Source: Rebecca billardiae RCC1528 (taxonomy: Eukaryota > Protista > Haptophyta). From it: 64,000 nucleotides of DNA. Positions 11,944-27,841 of the stretch are shown here, piece by piece (position 1 is the first letter of the stretch; every line of letters begins with the position of its first letter). The notes beneath the pieces are model-generated. The model saw only the letters and a program-made list of their open reading frames with translations, made no database searches and was not told the DNA's origin. The translations under genes and the position numbers were made by a program. The DNA is taken from assembly GCA_965240325.2 (NCBI GenBank), contig OZ251243.1, positions 1,178,001 through 1,242,000 on the forward strand. Direction: 5' to 3'.

Positions 11944-13006
11944 GGAGGCCACTTCACCGAAATCCAGGTTGGGGAGGATCTCCGCTGCACTGGTGGGGAG
12001 GATGTCACCCTCCCCGCTCGCCACGGCTGGGGAGGATGTCCGCCGCGCTGTCCGGTCTTTCGCCGCTGACAAAACTTTCGAAAACGAAAGTCGCGCCATG
12101 GCGGACCCGGTGTTCCCGCCCGGCGGCGAAAGGGGCGCGGGGCCGGTGGCTCGCGATCCGAAGGGCAGTAGCTCGCGACCTCGCTTGGGCGGTGGCAGCG
12201 GCGCTGTGGCACGGCGTGTACCATCCGCGCGGCTGTGCGCGATCGCGCGGTCCCGTTCGTCGCCACGCCGCGCGCGACCGTTCACGCCACAGTCTTTCCG
12301 CACTGGCATGCACCCGTTGCAAGCGCATGACGGCGGAGAGCTCAGAGAGCCCGTCACGCGCGTGACGACCGTGTGGGATGGGTTGTACAGCTTGTCTTCA
12401 TGTTCAGGGAGGCACGCGCCGGCCCATGAGGCGGGCATGAGGATCATGGACGGCTGCTGTACTGTCCACAACTCCATGGCCGTGTGGCTTTCAGCAGTTA
12501 GGAATGGTCTGAACGTTGGATGGGCTCATCAGAAAGCCTACGAAGGGCAGCCTTCATATCGGCACAACCCATCCCACACGGTCGTCACGCGCGTGACGGG
12601 CTCTCTGAGCTCTCCGCCGTCATGCGCTTGCAACGGGTGCATGCCAGTGCGGAAAGACTGTGGCGTGAACGGTCGCGCGCGGCGTGGCGACGAACGGGAC
12701 CGCGCGATCGCGCACAGCCGCGCGGATGGTACACGCCGTGCCACAGCGCCGCTGCCACCGCCCAAGCGAGGTCGCGAGCTACTGCCCTTCGGATCGCGAG
12801 CCACCGGCCCCGCGCCCCTTTCGCCGCCGGGCGGGAACACCGGGTCCGCCATGGCGCGACTTTCGTTTTCGAAAGTTTTGTCAGCGGCGAAAGACCGGAC
12901 AGCGCGGCGGACATCCTCCCCAGCCGTGGCGAGCGGGGAGGATGACATCCTCCCCACCAGTGCAGCGGAGATCCTCCCCAACCTGGATTTCGGTGAAGTG
13001 GCCTCC
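11944..13006. mobile_element. PIF/Harbinger-like non-autonomous element with 443-bp near-perfect TIRs and CAG TSD
   Basis: Arms 11944-12386 and 12564-13006 are reverse complements (one mismatch noticed). Ends GGAGGCCAC...GTGGCCTCC. CAG is duplicated at 11941-11943 and 13007-13009. Repeated subterminal GGGGAGGAT motifs. Confidence 0.9.
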
Positions 13007-13023
13007 CAGGGCTCGTATTGGAC

Positions 13024-15857
13024 GATCTACTGGTTGTGCGCCGACACCTGTGTCGGTTTTTGGAGGGCCACCTGTCTGCTGCGCTTCTTCGCGTGCCGCG
13101 CTGCGCGCCCGCTGCGCAAGCACTGCGCAAGCACTGCGCCGCCCGTGCGCCGCCCGTTGGCTGGCCGGGATGGCCGCGTGCGTGCGCGAGCGCCCGCCTC
13201 GCGTCGCGCGTCCTGCGCGCAGAGCGCGCGCTCGGCCACGCGCGCTGCGGCGGAGTCGAGGCTGACATACCTTTGGCCCTCCTCGCGCCGCGCAACGCCG
13301 CCCACGCCCGCCGCCGCTCGCACGCGCAGGCCGCTGCCGCGCACGGCTTGGCCTTGGGCTTTTCATTCAGCACCGCCGGCTGGCGGCGGCGCGCGGGCCG
13401 AGGAGTCGGCCGGTGACGCGGCGCTCGCCCAGGCTGAGACTTGGCGAATGCATGGGTAGTGCCATCGCCTGTCCGCATCCCGGGCGTCGCCGTCAGAGTG
13501 CACACGCGAGGCGCGCCTGTGGGGGTCGACAGGTGACGGGCGCAGTCGGCAGTGCGCTCGCCCTCGAGCGGGCAGCGGACGCACCGGTAGGCGCGCGCGC
13601 GCACAGCGGGGCTATCGAGCTGCTTCCGGCCATGTAGATCGACGGCGCATGCCCCAGCCCTGGTCTGGGAGGCGTGCGCGGGTTCGGCGGCCGGTGAGCT
13701 CGGCGCGGACTCAAAAATGTCTTGCCGGGCACGGCGGCGCGACAGCTCGGCAGCCAGTCTCGAGGATGAGTGGCAGAGCACTTGCCGTCGTCCTGGCGGT
13801 GGCGACGCCTTGACTGGGACACGGCCAGCTCGCGAGTCCTCCGTCGCAGCCTGCTGCCGTCGACGCGCCACCCAAGGCCTGCGGCTGACGCGCGGCTGCG
13901 TCCAAACGGACTGTCGCACGAAGCCGGGCTGCGTAGTGCCACATGGCAACATTACTAGTGGTGGCCGCGCACTCGCTGCGTCGGCGCGAGAGGGCTGAGT
14001 TAGTGAGGGACATCGTCATCAGGTCTGGTAGAGTTCCATGACCTGACGCAGATTCTGACGCAGATTCATGGACCGCAGGCTGCCCGTCACTCGTGGCCCG
14101 TCACTCGTCCGGCCGGCCGGCAGTTGGTAGCATCAGGCTCAGTCATTTGAGAGTCGTCGGCTGACTTGGGGATGGTTGTGGAGCTGTCTCGCAATCATCG
14201 TTATTGATCATCAGCATCATCAGCTAGCACTCAGCAGAAGCGCAGACTTTGCGGCTGATGCGCCGTATCATCGGCAGGCGCTTGTCCAGGCTGATAGCGA
14301 GGCGGGCGGGACGCGGGCTGAGTGGCCGCAGACGAACTCTGAGTCGCGATGACATCTAGTGCTGCTGGTCCGCGCATGACTGATCGATACTGCGCCGTGA
14401 GGGCGGCAGGTCGGATGACGATGAAGACGTCGAGCAGCAGCTTACGTTCGCTGAACAGCCCAGGTCAGCTCATCGAACTTGACCAGACTTTGCAGTGTCG
14501 ACCATCTCTCTCACAAGCTGAGCTTTGCCAAGGTGACGCAGCGAGCCCGCAGAGCCCTGCTTCTTGTCTGGGCATCGGTGCCGCCCGTGCTATGCAGAGT
14601 GGGTGGCCTGGCGACAGCGCTGACGCCCAGAGCTTGGCCGCGCTGTGTCGCCGCCAAGCTCTGATCGAGGGCGACGGTGACGCAGCAAGCCCGCCGCTTT
14701 GCCGCCGCCCTAGCCGTCTCACAGCCCGTCTACGCCGAGGCCTCCGAGCCCGCCGCCAAGGAAGTCGCCGCCGCCAAGCCGGCAGCCCATCCCACCGCCG
14801 AGTCTGCCACCGTCGCCACCGCCGAACTCGCCACCGAGCCCACCACCATCGCCGGCACTGAACCCGCCACCCTCGCCGCCGCCGAGCCCGGTATCAAGCT
14901 CACCTCCGCTGCTTCTGCCGCCGAGCCCGCCCCCATCCCCACCGCCCTCTGGCCACTCTGACTCTGAGCCGTCGGCCGCAGGTCTTGGGGGGCGTGTCGA
15001 CGGCAGCAGGCGGCGACGGAGGACTCGCGAGCTGGTCGTGTCATGGCCAAGGCTTTGCCATCAGCGCGGTGGTTGAGCCTGCCAGGACGACGGCAAGTGC
15101 TCTGCCACTCATCCTCGAGACTGGCTGCCGAGCTGTCGCGCCGCCGTGCCCGGCAATAAGACATTTTTGAGTCCGCGCCGAGCTCACCGGCCGCCGAACC
15201 CGCGCACGCCTCCCAGACCAGGGCTGGGGCATGCGCCGTCGATCTACATGGCCGGAAGCAGCTCGATAGCCCCACTGTGCGCGCGCGCGCCTACCGGTGC
15301 GTCCGCTGCCCGCTCGAGGGCGAGCGCACTGCCGACTGCGCCCGTCACCTGTCGACCCCTACAGGCGCGCCTCGCGTGTGCACTCTGACGGCGACGCCCG
15401 GGATGCGGACAGGCGATGGCACTACCCATGCATTCGCCAAGTCTCAGCCTGGGCGAGCGCCGCGTCACCGGCCGACTCCTCGGCCCGCGCGCCGCCGCCA
15501 GCCGGCGGTGCTGAATGAAAAGCCCAAGGCCAAGCCGTGCGCGGCAGCGGCCTGCGCGTGCGAGCGGCGGCGGGCGTGGGCGGCGTTGCGCGGCGCGAGG
15601 AGGGCCAAAGGTATGTCAGCCTCGACTCCGCCGCAGCGCGCGTGGCCGAGCGCGCGCTCTGCGCGCAGGACGCGCGACGCGAGGCGGGCGCTCGCGCACG
15701 CACGCGGCCATCCCGGCCAGCCAACGGGCGGCGCACGGGCGGCGCAGTGCTTGCGCAGTGCTTGCGCAGCGGGCGCGCAGCGCGGCACGCGAAGAGCGCA
15801 GCAGACAGGTGGCCCTCCAAAAACCGACACAGGTGTCGGCGCACAAGGGGGTAGATC
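13024..15857. mobile_element. Large foldback/Pack-type element with ~860-bp inverted arms (~13024-13890 / ~14970-15857) and a ~1.1-kb internal segment
   Basis: TTGTGCGCCGACACCTGTGTCGGTTTTTGGAGGG... at 13034 mirrors ...CCCTCCAAAAACCGACACAGGTGTCGGCGCACAA ending at 15846. Arms are highly similar and diverge at the inner ends. No TSD seen. Confidence 0.85.
14700..14960 (+). pseudogene. Degenerate Ser/Pro-rich (SPPP, extensin/pherophorin-like linker) coding fragment inside the foldback element
   Basis: One frame reads PPP*PSHSPSTPRPPSPPPRKSPPP...PPSPPPNSPPSPPPSPALNPPPSPPPSP...PPSPPPSPPPS, with an in-frame stop and no start. Confidence 0.55.
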
Positions 15858-16486
15858 AATGGATTGATTCCGTATCGCACAAACCCTCCCCTGATGCGCC
15901 GCCTCTCAACTCACGCCCACCGATGGCTGAACCGGCCGTGCGTCGGTGGCTGTGAGTCCACACCCGCGAAACCCAGGGCAGACCGGCCTTCGATTGCACG
16001 GGTAGAGCGTGCCGGGCCAAGGCCGGTACGCCCAGTGCGCCCCGTTGGACCGGTAGTGTACGCCCGCAGGATCGGTCCGGCCGAGGGACATGCAACGCGT
16101 TGGAGTGCGCGGTGCGCACGGCCTGCGGAACGCCTCCACTCGCTCTTGGCCTGCACGCATGCCTGCCCATCTGGCGGGCAGCTACATCCCTCGCGTGCTG
16201 GCTGGCAGGCAGCCTCGGCCGGCAGTGTCCAGTGGGCAGTTGAGCTGCGAGACTTCGCGCGGACAGTGTGTGGGCAAGCCACTGAGAGTGCGCTCGAAGA
16301 GATGCGTGCATGTGCTTGGCGCCCGCGCAGTGCGCGATCGAGAGCGCTACGATTCAAGCCAGTGGAGCTTCAGGCGGCAAGTGCGGACCTGCAGCCTCGC
16401 CGCTGTCGCGCCCATGGGTACGGGTGCGCGGCACTCGCGCGGGAGCGCACTTGCTCGGCCGCGGCGTCGGGAAAGCTTTGCGGTGA

Positions 16487-20003
<3,517 letters not shown>

Positions 20004-20523
20004 GCGGGGCGGGCGCGGGGCGCTGCCGCTGGATGGCGCGCGCGCGGCGCTTGCCGCAGAGCGTGCGGACCTCCGCGGGAGGAGGTGAGCGACGGCACTC
20101 GGCCGATGTCGCTTCTCCGCCGCGTCTGACACCATTGTCAGGTTGCGCCTTTTTTCAGCACGGCTGCCGTCCGAGGAATTTCGCTTAGAATCAGGAATCC
20201 GTCGAAGCAACAAATTGGCGACGGCAATATACGGAGCTTTGCCGCCAAATCATTGCGAAATCGGTTGGAGGGGCTTGGAGCCAGTAATCATCCCACCCAA
20301 CCGCCCGACGCGCCACGACGCGATTGGCAGACGGAACGAAGCGGCACCGTCAATGCCCAAAAAGCTCATGTTCGCCCCCATTCTCGCTCCCCAAACCAAG
20401 TACCAGAAATTGTAGCCGCGTGCGACTTTGGTTCCGCTGCCTTCTTCGTTCCCTCGCACCCCCCAAACTAGCCAGCCAAGCACGCGCGTCGTCACCCCGG
20501 CCCCGCGCGCGCCGCCGGCGCCG

Positions 20524-22576
20524 ATGGGCGACGAGCACACCGCGGAGGAGTCGGGCGGCACGGTGGTGGCCGCGGCCACGCGCGCGGAGGAGTATGTCCT
20601 CGCCATCGTCGAGCGCGACCAGCGCGAGGCGGACGCGAGCGGCGAGGCGGCGTCGCAGCCGGGCGGCGCGGCCGCGGCCGATGGCGTCGCGCCCGACCTG
20701 TCGAGCGAGTCGCTCCCGCTGAGCGGCGGGAGCGCCGCAGCCTCGGATGCGGAGAGCGTGCGCACCGGCGCCAGCCCGAGCACGAGCGCCGGCGCGTTCG
20801 CGCCCGGCGCGGGCGCGAACGCAAGCGCCGCCGCGCCGACGGGGGGCGCGGGCGGAGCGGGCGCCGAGCCGTCGGCAGCGCGCGGCGAGGAGGCGAGCGC
20901 GCCGACGAGCAGCTACGACGCGTCAATCGAGGAGATCCGCGCCCTCATCACCGCGCCCGTGCAGCCCGCGCACGCCGACGCTGACGCGGCGGGCGAGGGC
21001 GCACACGGCCGCGGCCGCGGCGATGGCGATGAGGGCGGCGGCGATGGCGGCGATGGTGGCGATGCTCCTGGCCGTGGCGGCGGCGGGAGTGGCAGCCCGC
21101 CGGGCATGCTGCAGCCCACGCGCACGCTCGCGCTGCAGCAGGGGTGGCAAGCCTTCCGAGCCCTCGGCTCCGCCGCGCCAGCCGGGTACATGGCCGCTCC
21201 ACCCAGCGCCGCCTCAGGAAGCACCGCCGCCACCGCGCGGCCGCTGCTGCCGTCGCTCGCTCGCGCGCCCAGCGCGCCGTGCGGCTCCCTCGGGCAGCTG
21301 CTGCCGTCCGCCGCGGCGGAGGGCGCGGGCGGCGGGTACGGTGTCGGCGGTGGCGAGTCGCGCGGTGGGGCGGGCGGGGCGGCCGGCCACGAGCCCGCCG
21401 CCGCGGACGCCGCCGCGGATCGCGCGGATGCGGACGCGGACGCGGACGCGGCCGTGTGCGCGCGCGACACCGGCTGGCTCATGCGGCTGCGGCGGCTGGG
21501 TGGCAAGGTGAGCGGCGGCGTGCGGCTGTTCGCGGCGGTGGAGCTGCCGCGCGCGCTGCTGCTCCTGCCGTACGTCGTCTTCTTCCAGGCGCAGCCCGAC
21601 GCCGAGCTGCACGACGCGTGGCGCGTCTGGCTGCTCCGGCCTGCGTACCTGTTGGTGTTTGCGCGCGTGCTCGCTTTTTTGATCTACGCGCTCTGCGGCT
21701 TGGAGGTGGTGATGGAGGCGCTGCCGACGCGCGCGCTGGCGGCGCTGGAGGGGTTCCGCGGCTGGCCGGCGGTGGCGGTGCTGTGGCTCGCGCTCATGCC
21801 CGTGTGCGCCTCCGGCGCGCTCTTCCCCGACGCGGCCGCGTGGGCGCGCCTCCTCTCCTCGCCGGGCATGACGGCCGTTCACGTGTGGCTGGGCGCGGCC
21901 GCGGGGACACGAGGGTTTCTGGAGGCGGCCAACTCGCTGATCATGAGCCGGCTGTCGGAGGGCCACTTCGAGCGGCGGGTGAAGGACGCGCTGCTCTCGG
22001 TGCGCGCGGTGCGCCTGCTCGTCGCGGTGGGCAAGGCCGCGCAGCAGCGCAGCCAGCAGCCGGCCGCGCCGAAGCGCGCGCTCGCGCGCAGGGACTCGCG
22101 CGCGCGCGCCGGCGCGGCCGGCGCCGGCGCGGCCGGCGGCGCGTCGGCGTCGGCGTACGGCGGCGCGCGGCCGGCGGTGCTGCTGCCGGCGTGCGGCGGA
22201 TCCGTCGAGCCCGAGCGCGCGCAGCCGCAGCCGCAGCCGCGCGGCGGGCACGGCCGCGCGCTGCCGACGGAGGCGGCGGCGGGTGGATGCGCGGCGCCGC
22301 CGCCGCCGCCGGGCGCTGGCTCCCGCGCGCCGCCGCCGCCGCTCAGCGTGGGCTGCTGCTGCTGCGGCGGCGGCGGCGGCGGCGGCGGCAGCGCGGGGCA
22401 CTACTACGGCCTGGGCTCGCGCGCCACCTCGTGCAGTGGCAGCTGCACATCGCTGCCCGGCGCGCACACCGACGCGGCCGCGGCGCCGTCGGCGTCGGAC
22501 GCAGCAGCCGCCGCCGCCGCCGCCGCAGCAGCAGCCGCAGCAGCCGCGGACGCCGAGCTTGGCGGCGGCGGTGGCA

Positions 22577-22616
<40 letters not shown>

Positions 22617-22938
22617 GGAGGAGGGCCCGGCGGCGGACGGCGGCGGCGACGACCTCGACCTGTTTGCGTCCGCGGTCGACTTTGCCGAGGGCCTCGAGAT
22701 GCTGCGAGAGTCGCTCAAGATCGGCTCGGCCGGCGGGTTTGCTTCCAGCCAGGCCGAGGCGCGCCGCCGCGCGAGCAAGACTTTCAGAGCGCTGGCGCCA
22801 CAGCTGGCGCGCGCGTCCGCGCGGCTCTCCGGGGCGGCGGGCGGCGGCGGGGGCGGCGGCGGCGGCGGCCGCGCGGCGCGGCCGCGCACGTGCGCGCCCC
22901 CGGCGGCGGCGGGCGGCGCGCATCCGGCCGCGCTGCTG

Positions 22939-22982
<44 letters not shown>

Positions 22983-24162
22983 CGCCGCGCAGCGCTTCTC
23001 GCGCGACGCGCTCGTGCAGCTGTGCACGGACGCCACCGCCAACCGCGCGCGCTCCAAGGGCGCGCGGCGCGCGCGCGACGCGGTGCTCACGCACCTGCGC
23101 GCCACCTTCCCCGAGCGGATCGGCGAGCCGGAGTTCGTCGGCGCCGTCGAGGCGGTGTACCGCGAGCAGCGCTTCGTGTCCGCCTCGGTCGAGTCGTTCG
23201 ACCAGCTGGGCACGCGCGTGCACGCGGTGCTGGTGGGCGGCTGGGCCGCGCTGCTCTGCTTCGCCGGGCTGTTCCTGATCGACTGGGGGCTGGAGGTGGA
23301 GCGGTGGGGCGTGCCCGTGCTCACCGCCTGCCTCTCCGTCGCCTTCCTCCTCGGCTGGCTGCCCTACGAGACCGTCTCGGGCGCGCTCTTTGTTCTGTAC
23401 GTGCGCCCGTACGACGTGGGAGATCGGATCTGCATCCTCAGTCCGGGCGGGTACGCGGCGCTGGGCGAGATGGACCACAGCTTCGTGGTGGCGGACATCT
23501 GGCTGACGTGCACGCGCGTGGTCGCGTGGACGGGCGAGTCGCACCTGCTGATGAACCACGTGCTGCGCCGCATGTCGATTGTCAACCTGCAGCGCTCGAG
23601 TGCGTGCTGCCACGTGCACACGCTGCAGCTCCCGGCGAGCGCCGGCCCGGCCGCGGTCGCGCGGCTCTGCGCCGCGATCCGCGCGTTCGTCGCCGAGGCG
23701 AGCTCGGACTGGTCCGACTGCTCGACCGTGTTCCGCCGCGCCGACTACGAGCGCGGCCTCGTGCTGCTCGACGTGTTTGTCACCTCCGCGCACCGGCGGC
23801 ACCACGAGGCCAGCATCGTCGCGGCCAACTCGCGCCTCCGCACGTGGGCGTATGAGTATGTGCACGCGCACGGGCTGCACAGCCAGTTCTGCCTGCCGGT
23901 GCAGCCGTACGTCTCGGCGGCCGGCTCGGGGGCAGCGCACAGCCCCGCGCAATCGCGAGACGGCGGCGGCGCGGGCGGCGATGGAGGGCGCGAGCGCGGG
24001 GCTCGGGAGCAGGATGAGGCTGCAGGCGGCGCGGCCGGGCGCGCTGGAGATGGCGGTGCCGCCGAGGCGGGCGGCGGCCGGGCGCCGCCTGCCGTCGTGC
24101 CGGCCGCGGCGCGGATGATGCTCCCAGGGCTGGCGGCGGCGCCGCCGCCGTCGTTCCTCTAA
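20524..24162 (+). CDS. MscS-like mechanosensitive channel (eukaryotic MSL type), intronless
   Basis: Several TM segments; HFERRVKDAL; LFVLYVRPYDVGDRICI (MscS HPFDVGDR motif); VVADIWLTCT..MNHVLRRMSIVNLQRS. Confidence 0.85.
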
Positions 24163-24733
24163 ACATTCGTCGTCGCCGCGCGGACGGATGCTCGTCCGGA
24201 GTGACGTCGTCGGCTCGGCTCCTCGGACGCCAGTCAGTCGGACGACTACAGCCCGTATACTCGCGCGCGATATGGCGCGCATCTGCTGACGAAACTGCTG
24301 ATGCGAGTGCTGATGCGCTCATCATCAGCAGCATCGTCACTCATCGTACCACGGGCTGCGACCGCGCCACGGATATCCGACTCGTCCCTGTGTGACGCGC
24401 GCAGGCTGGCGAGCGTCATCACTATGCTGCATGCGCTCGGATTATTCGGGACCGCGGACGACACGGTCGACACGCGCTCGCTCGATATATCGATCGGAGG
24501 CGGCAGCGCCGATATCAAGTGCGTGTCGTGACGATGACGAATAATAAGTGACGATGATGACGCGCACTGCTGGCGGTGACTAGACGACGCCGCACGGCGG
24601 ATATACTATAGCGCGCGCTAGTATCGTATATATATATGTATATATATATACATACACACACACACATATATATAGTAAAGTCGCGCGAGACGAGACGAGC
24701 GCTCGGCGTCAGGCGGCGCGCCCACTGCTGGCG

Positions 24734-27605
24734 TCAGTAGTAGTGGAGCGCGCCCATCGACTTGCTCATCTTCATCGCGCTCGCAGCGAACGGCGGCGCG
24801 CGCCCGCCGAGCGCGGCCGTCTGCTCGGTCCGGCGGCGCGAGCGGTGCGCGCGCCGCGCCATCTCGCGGATCAGCAGGTTGCGCTGCTCCGCCGAGATGG
24901 CGCCGCGGTCCATCACGTGGTCGACCGCGTCGATGGCCGCGGACAGCCCCGCCTCCTCCGTCGAGCGCTGCAGCATGAACGACTGGTTGAACGGCACGAT
25001 CCGGATCACGCCGGGCTCGAACTCGAAGGGCTCGCCGTCGAGCTGCAGCGGGAGCGTCTCGGAGATCTCGACGCGCAGCTCGGAGCACTGCGCGAGCCGC
25101 GTCGCGCCGCCGATCCCGATCTGCGTGGAGCCGAGGTGCAGCACGCCGTTCACGCCGACAACCTCGAGCACGCCGTCTGACATGGAGGGCGCGCGCCACG
25201 GGAGGCCGGCGTCGGAGGTGGAGGCGGAGGAGGCGGACTCGTGGTCCTCGGCGTAGCCCTCGTCGGAGGAGGAGCCGCCGCCGCAGCACGGGCCGGCGCC
25301 GAGCCCGGCGCCGCCCATCTCGGAGCCGCTGCCGCCGCCGTTGGCGGCAGAGTCCGACGCCTCGCCCGCGCTGCTGCCCGCGCCCCCACCGCCGCGCCTG
25401 CGCCTCGGGCCAGACGGCGCGCGCGCGGCGCCCGACGGCGGCGGGCTGCCGCCGCCGCCGTCGGCGGTGGCGGCGGCGCGCCGGCCCACGCCCACCCCCG
25501 TCGACACGGCGAGGTCAAGCGGCGCGGTGCCGGCGCCGTTGAGCGCGCGCGCGTGCCGCCGGCGCGCGCCGCTCGGGCTCTTGCCGAGCGCGCGGCCCGA
25601 GCCGGCGCCGCCGCCGCCGGCCGGGCTGCTACGCTCAGCAGGCTGCTCCCACTCTTCAGGCAGGCTCCAGTGCTGCCGCTCCGCGGGCTGCGGCGGCTGC
25701 TGCTGCGCGGGCGCGGTGCGCCGCCGCCGCCCGTTCGCCGCCGCGAACGCGCGCGCGCTCAGCCTTCGGTACGCCCCTTTGCTCCGCTGCCGCGACAGCA
25801 CGCGCGCGCCCTGCGCAGCCACCTCCTCCTCCGCGCCGCCCGCCTCGCCGCCCGCGCCGCCGCCGCCGCCCCACGCGCCCTCGTCCTCCTCGTCGTCCAG
25901 GCCCTCCCGCGAGCGCCACAGGTTGCACCCGCCGCCGTACGAGGTGATGTTGAGCACGATCACGCCCTCCAGCCCCGCGGGCACGTGCACCTCCTGCAAC
26001 GGGTGTGGGGTGTAGGGTTGCGGGGTAGGGTTGCGGGGTAGGGTTGAGGGGTAGGGTTGGACGCAGCCGGCCAGTCGACCGTCAGCCGGGCCGCGCGCCG
26101 AGCACGCGCCCAGCCGCACGCCCCGCGCGCTCTGTGCCGCGGCTGCACCCGCCGGCCTCGCGCCCCCGTCCCCCTCGCCCCGCCGCGCGCGCGCGCACCT
26201 GCCCGTCGCAGATCAGCCTGAGCTTGCGGCTCAGCTTGGCGTACGCGCGCTGCCGTCCCCAGCGCAGCAGCTCGCGCCACCCAGACGACGCGTACACCAG
26301 CTTGTTCACCAGCCGCGAGGAGAAGAGGCCCGGGCGGGACTCGCGCTGGTGGTGGAAGCCGAGGGAGATCTTCGCGTCCACGCCGATGCCAAAGTAGTTG
26401 TTCATCACCTGCGGGGCGGACGGCGGGCGGGCGGCGTCGGGCGGCGGGCGGCGGCGGGTGGCGGGCGTCGGGTGGCGGTGCGGCTGGCTGGCGGTGGAAG
26501 CGGCTTGGCGCGCTGGCCGCGGCTTCCGGAGCGTGCTTCGCTGGGGTGCGGGATGCTCGCCGCCCTCGCGGTGGCGCGGCGAGCGCGGTGCACGAGAGGA
26601 GCACGGGCGCGGCCGCCGCGCCAGGCGGTGCGCCACGGCAGCGCGCGCGCGCCATCGGCGCCGTGCCGCGCGAACCGCTGCGCGCGCCCGCGCGGTCGCC
26701 CGCGCGCGCGTTCTCACCAGCTCGCGGCGCTCCGGCTTGCCTCGCCTGCGCACGGCGGGCGTCATCGTGACGGCCCAGCGGTCGAGCAGCGTGACCTCGG
26801 CGCACGCGACCGCCTCGAGCCACTGCAGCAGGTCGCCGCCCTCGTACCCGCCGCCCCAGCCCAGCACGCGCGCAAGGTCGTTGCCGGTGCCGAGGGGCAA
26901 GATGCCTACTGGGGGTATGTACTGGAGCCCGCGCGAGTTGCGCACCTCGTCGAGCATGCGCAGCACGGAGGCGGCGGTGCCGTCGCCGCCGCAGCAGAGG
27001 ATGCGGAAGCGCGGCACCTGCGCGAAGTTGTGCAGCGCGCGGATCGGCTCGCGCGCGCTCGACAGGTCGACGACCTGGTGGCCGGGGAAGAGCGCCCGCA
27101 GCGCGCGGAGCACGTACACACCCTGCCGCCCGCCCGAGCGCACGTTGACGAAGATGAGGAGCGGCGTGCGCCCGGAGCGGTGGCGCTGGTCGTCGCGCGA
27201 CGGCGTGTACGTCCAGCGCGGCAGCTCGAGCGACGCGTCCGCCTTCCCCTTCTGAATCAGCCCGGCCTTGCTGAGCCCGCTCAGCGCGCCGCGCCACCGC
27301 AGCAGCGAGAGCGGCGAGGGCGAGGTGGCGTCGCGCTCCTGCGCGCGCGGGGGCTCGTCGGGCGCGCGTGCGGCGTCCTCCTCCAGGCAGCACGCCGGCA
27401 GCACCAGCTTCCGGATCCGCCACTGCGCCTCCTCCTCCGTCGTCGCGACCGTCGGAAGCTTGGACCTGCGCTTCCGCGCCGCGCGGTCGTGGTCGTCGCC
27501 GAAGAGCAGGTCGGCGACGAGGACGATGAGGGTGATCAGCCCAACGAAGAGGCTGCCCACAACCACCCACGCCACGCCCGTCGACTCGAGCAGCGGGTCC
27601 ACCAT
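24734..27605 (-). CDS. Diacylglycerol kinase with N-terminal TM anchor. Exons 27605-26718, 26408-26199, 25993-24734
   Basis: PLLIFVNVRSGGRQG, RILCCGGDGT, ILPLGTGNDLARVLGWG, MNNYFGIGVDA, LNITSYGGG, DGVLEVVG, LPLQLDGEP. Confidence 0.95.
26001..26060. repeat. Telomere-like minisatellite (GTAGGGTTGCGGG)n in DGK intron 2
   Basis: About 4 degenerate 13-bp units containing TAGGGTT. Confidence 0.7.
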
Positions 27606-27841
27606 CCCGGCCCGCGCGCGAGCCGACTCCCGCGCAGGGCGAGGAGGGCGGGCCGCAAGGAGCCTGCGGCGCCCGAGATCCTAGACCCCTCGCTCCTCGC
27701 CCGCTTGTCAGCAGACGAGCCGGCCGGATTCCTCGCGCCATTTCCCGGACGAAAATAAGGCTCTCCCCATTTCTTTAATTGGAGCGAGCAGGTCTGCCCA
27801 CCGCAGCAGGGCAACGACCATCCAAGATGCGGCGAACAGCG

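Noticed and set aside
11848-13952. ORFs of 200-520 aa spanning the inverted repeats as possible transposases
   Set aside because: They are translations of the palindromic arms in both directions, with no DDE, Myb or zinc-finger motifs.
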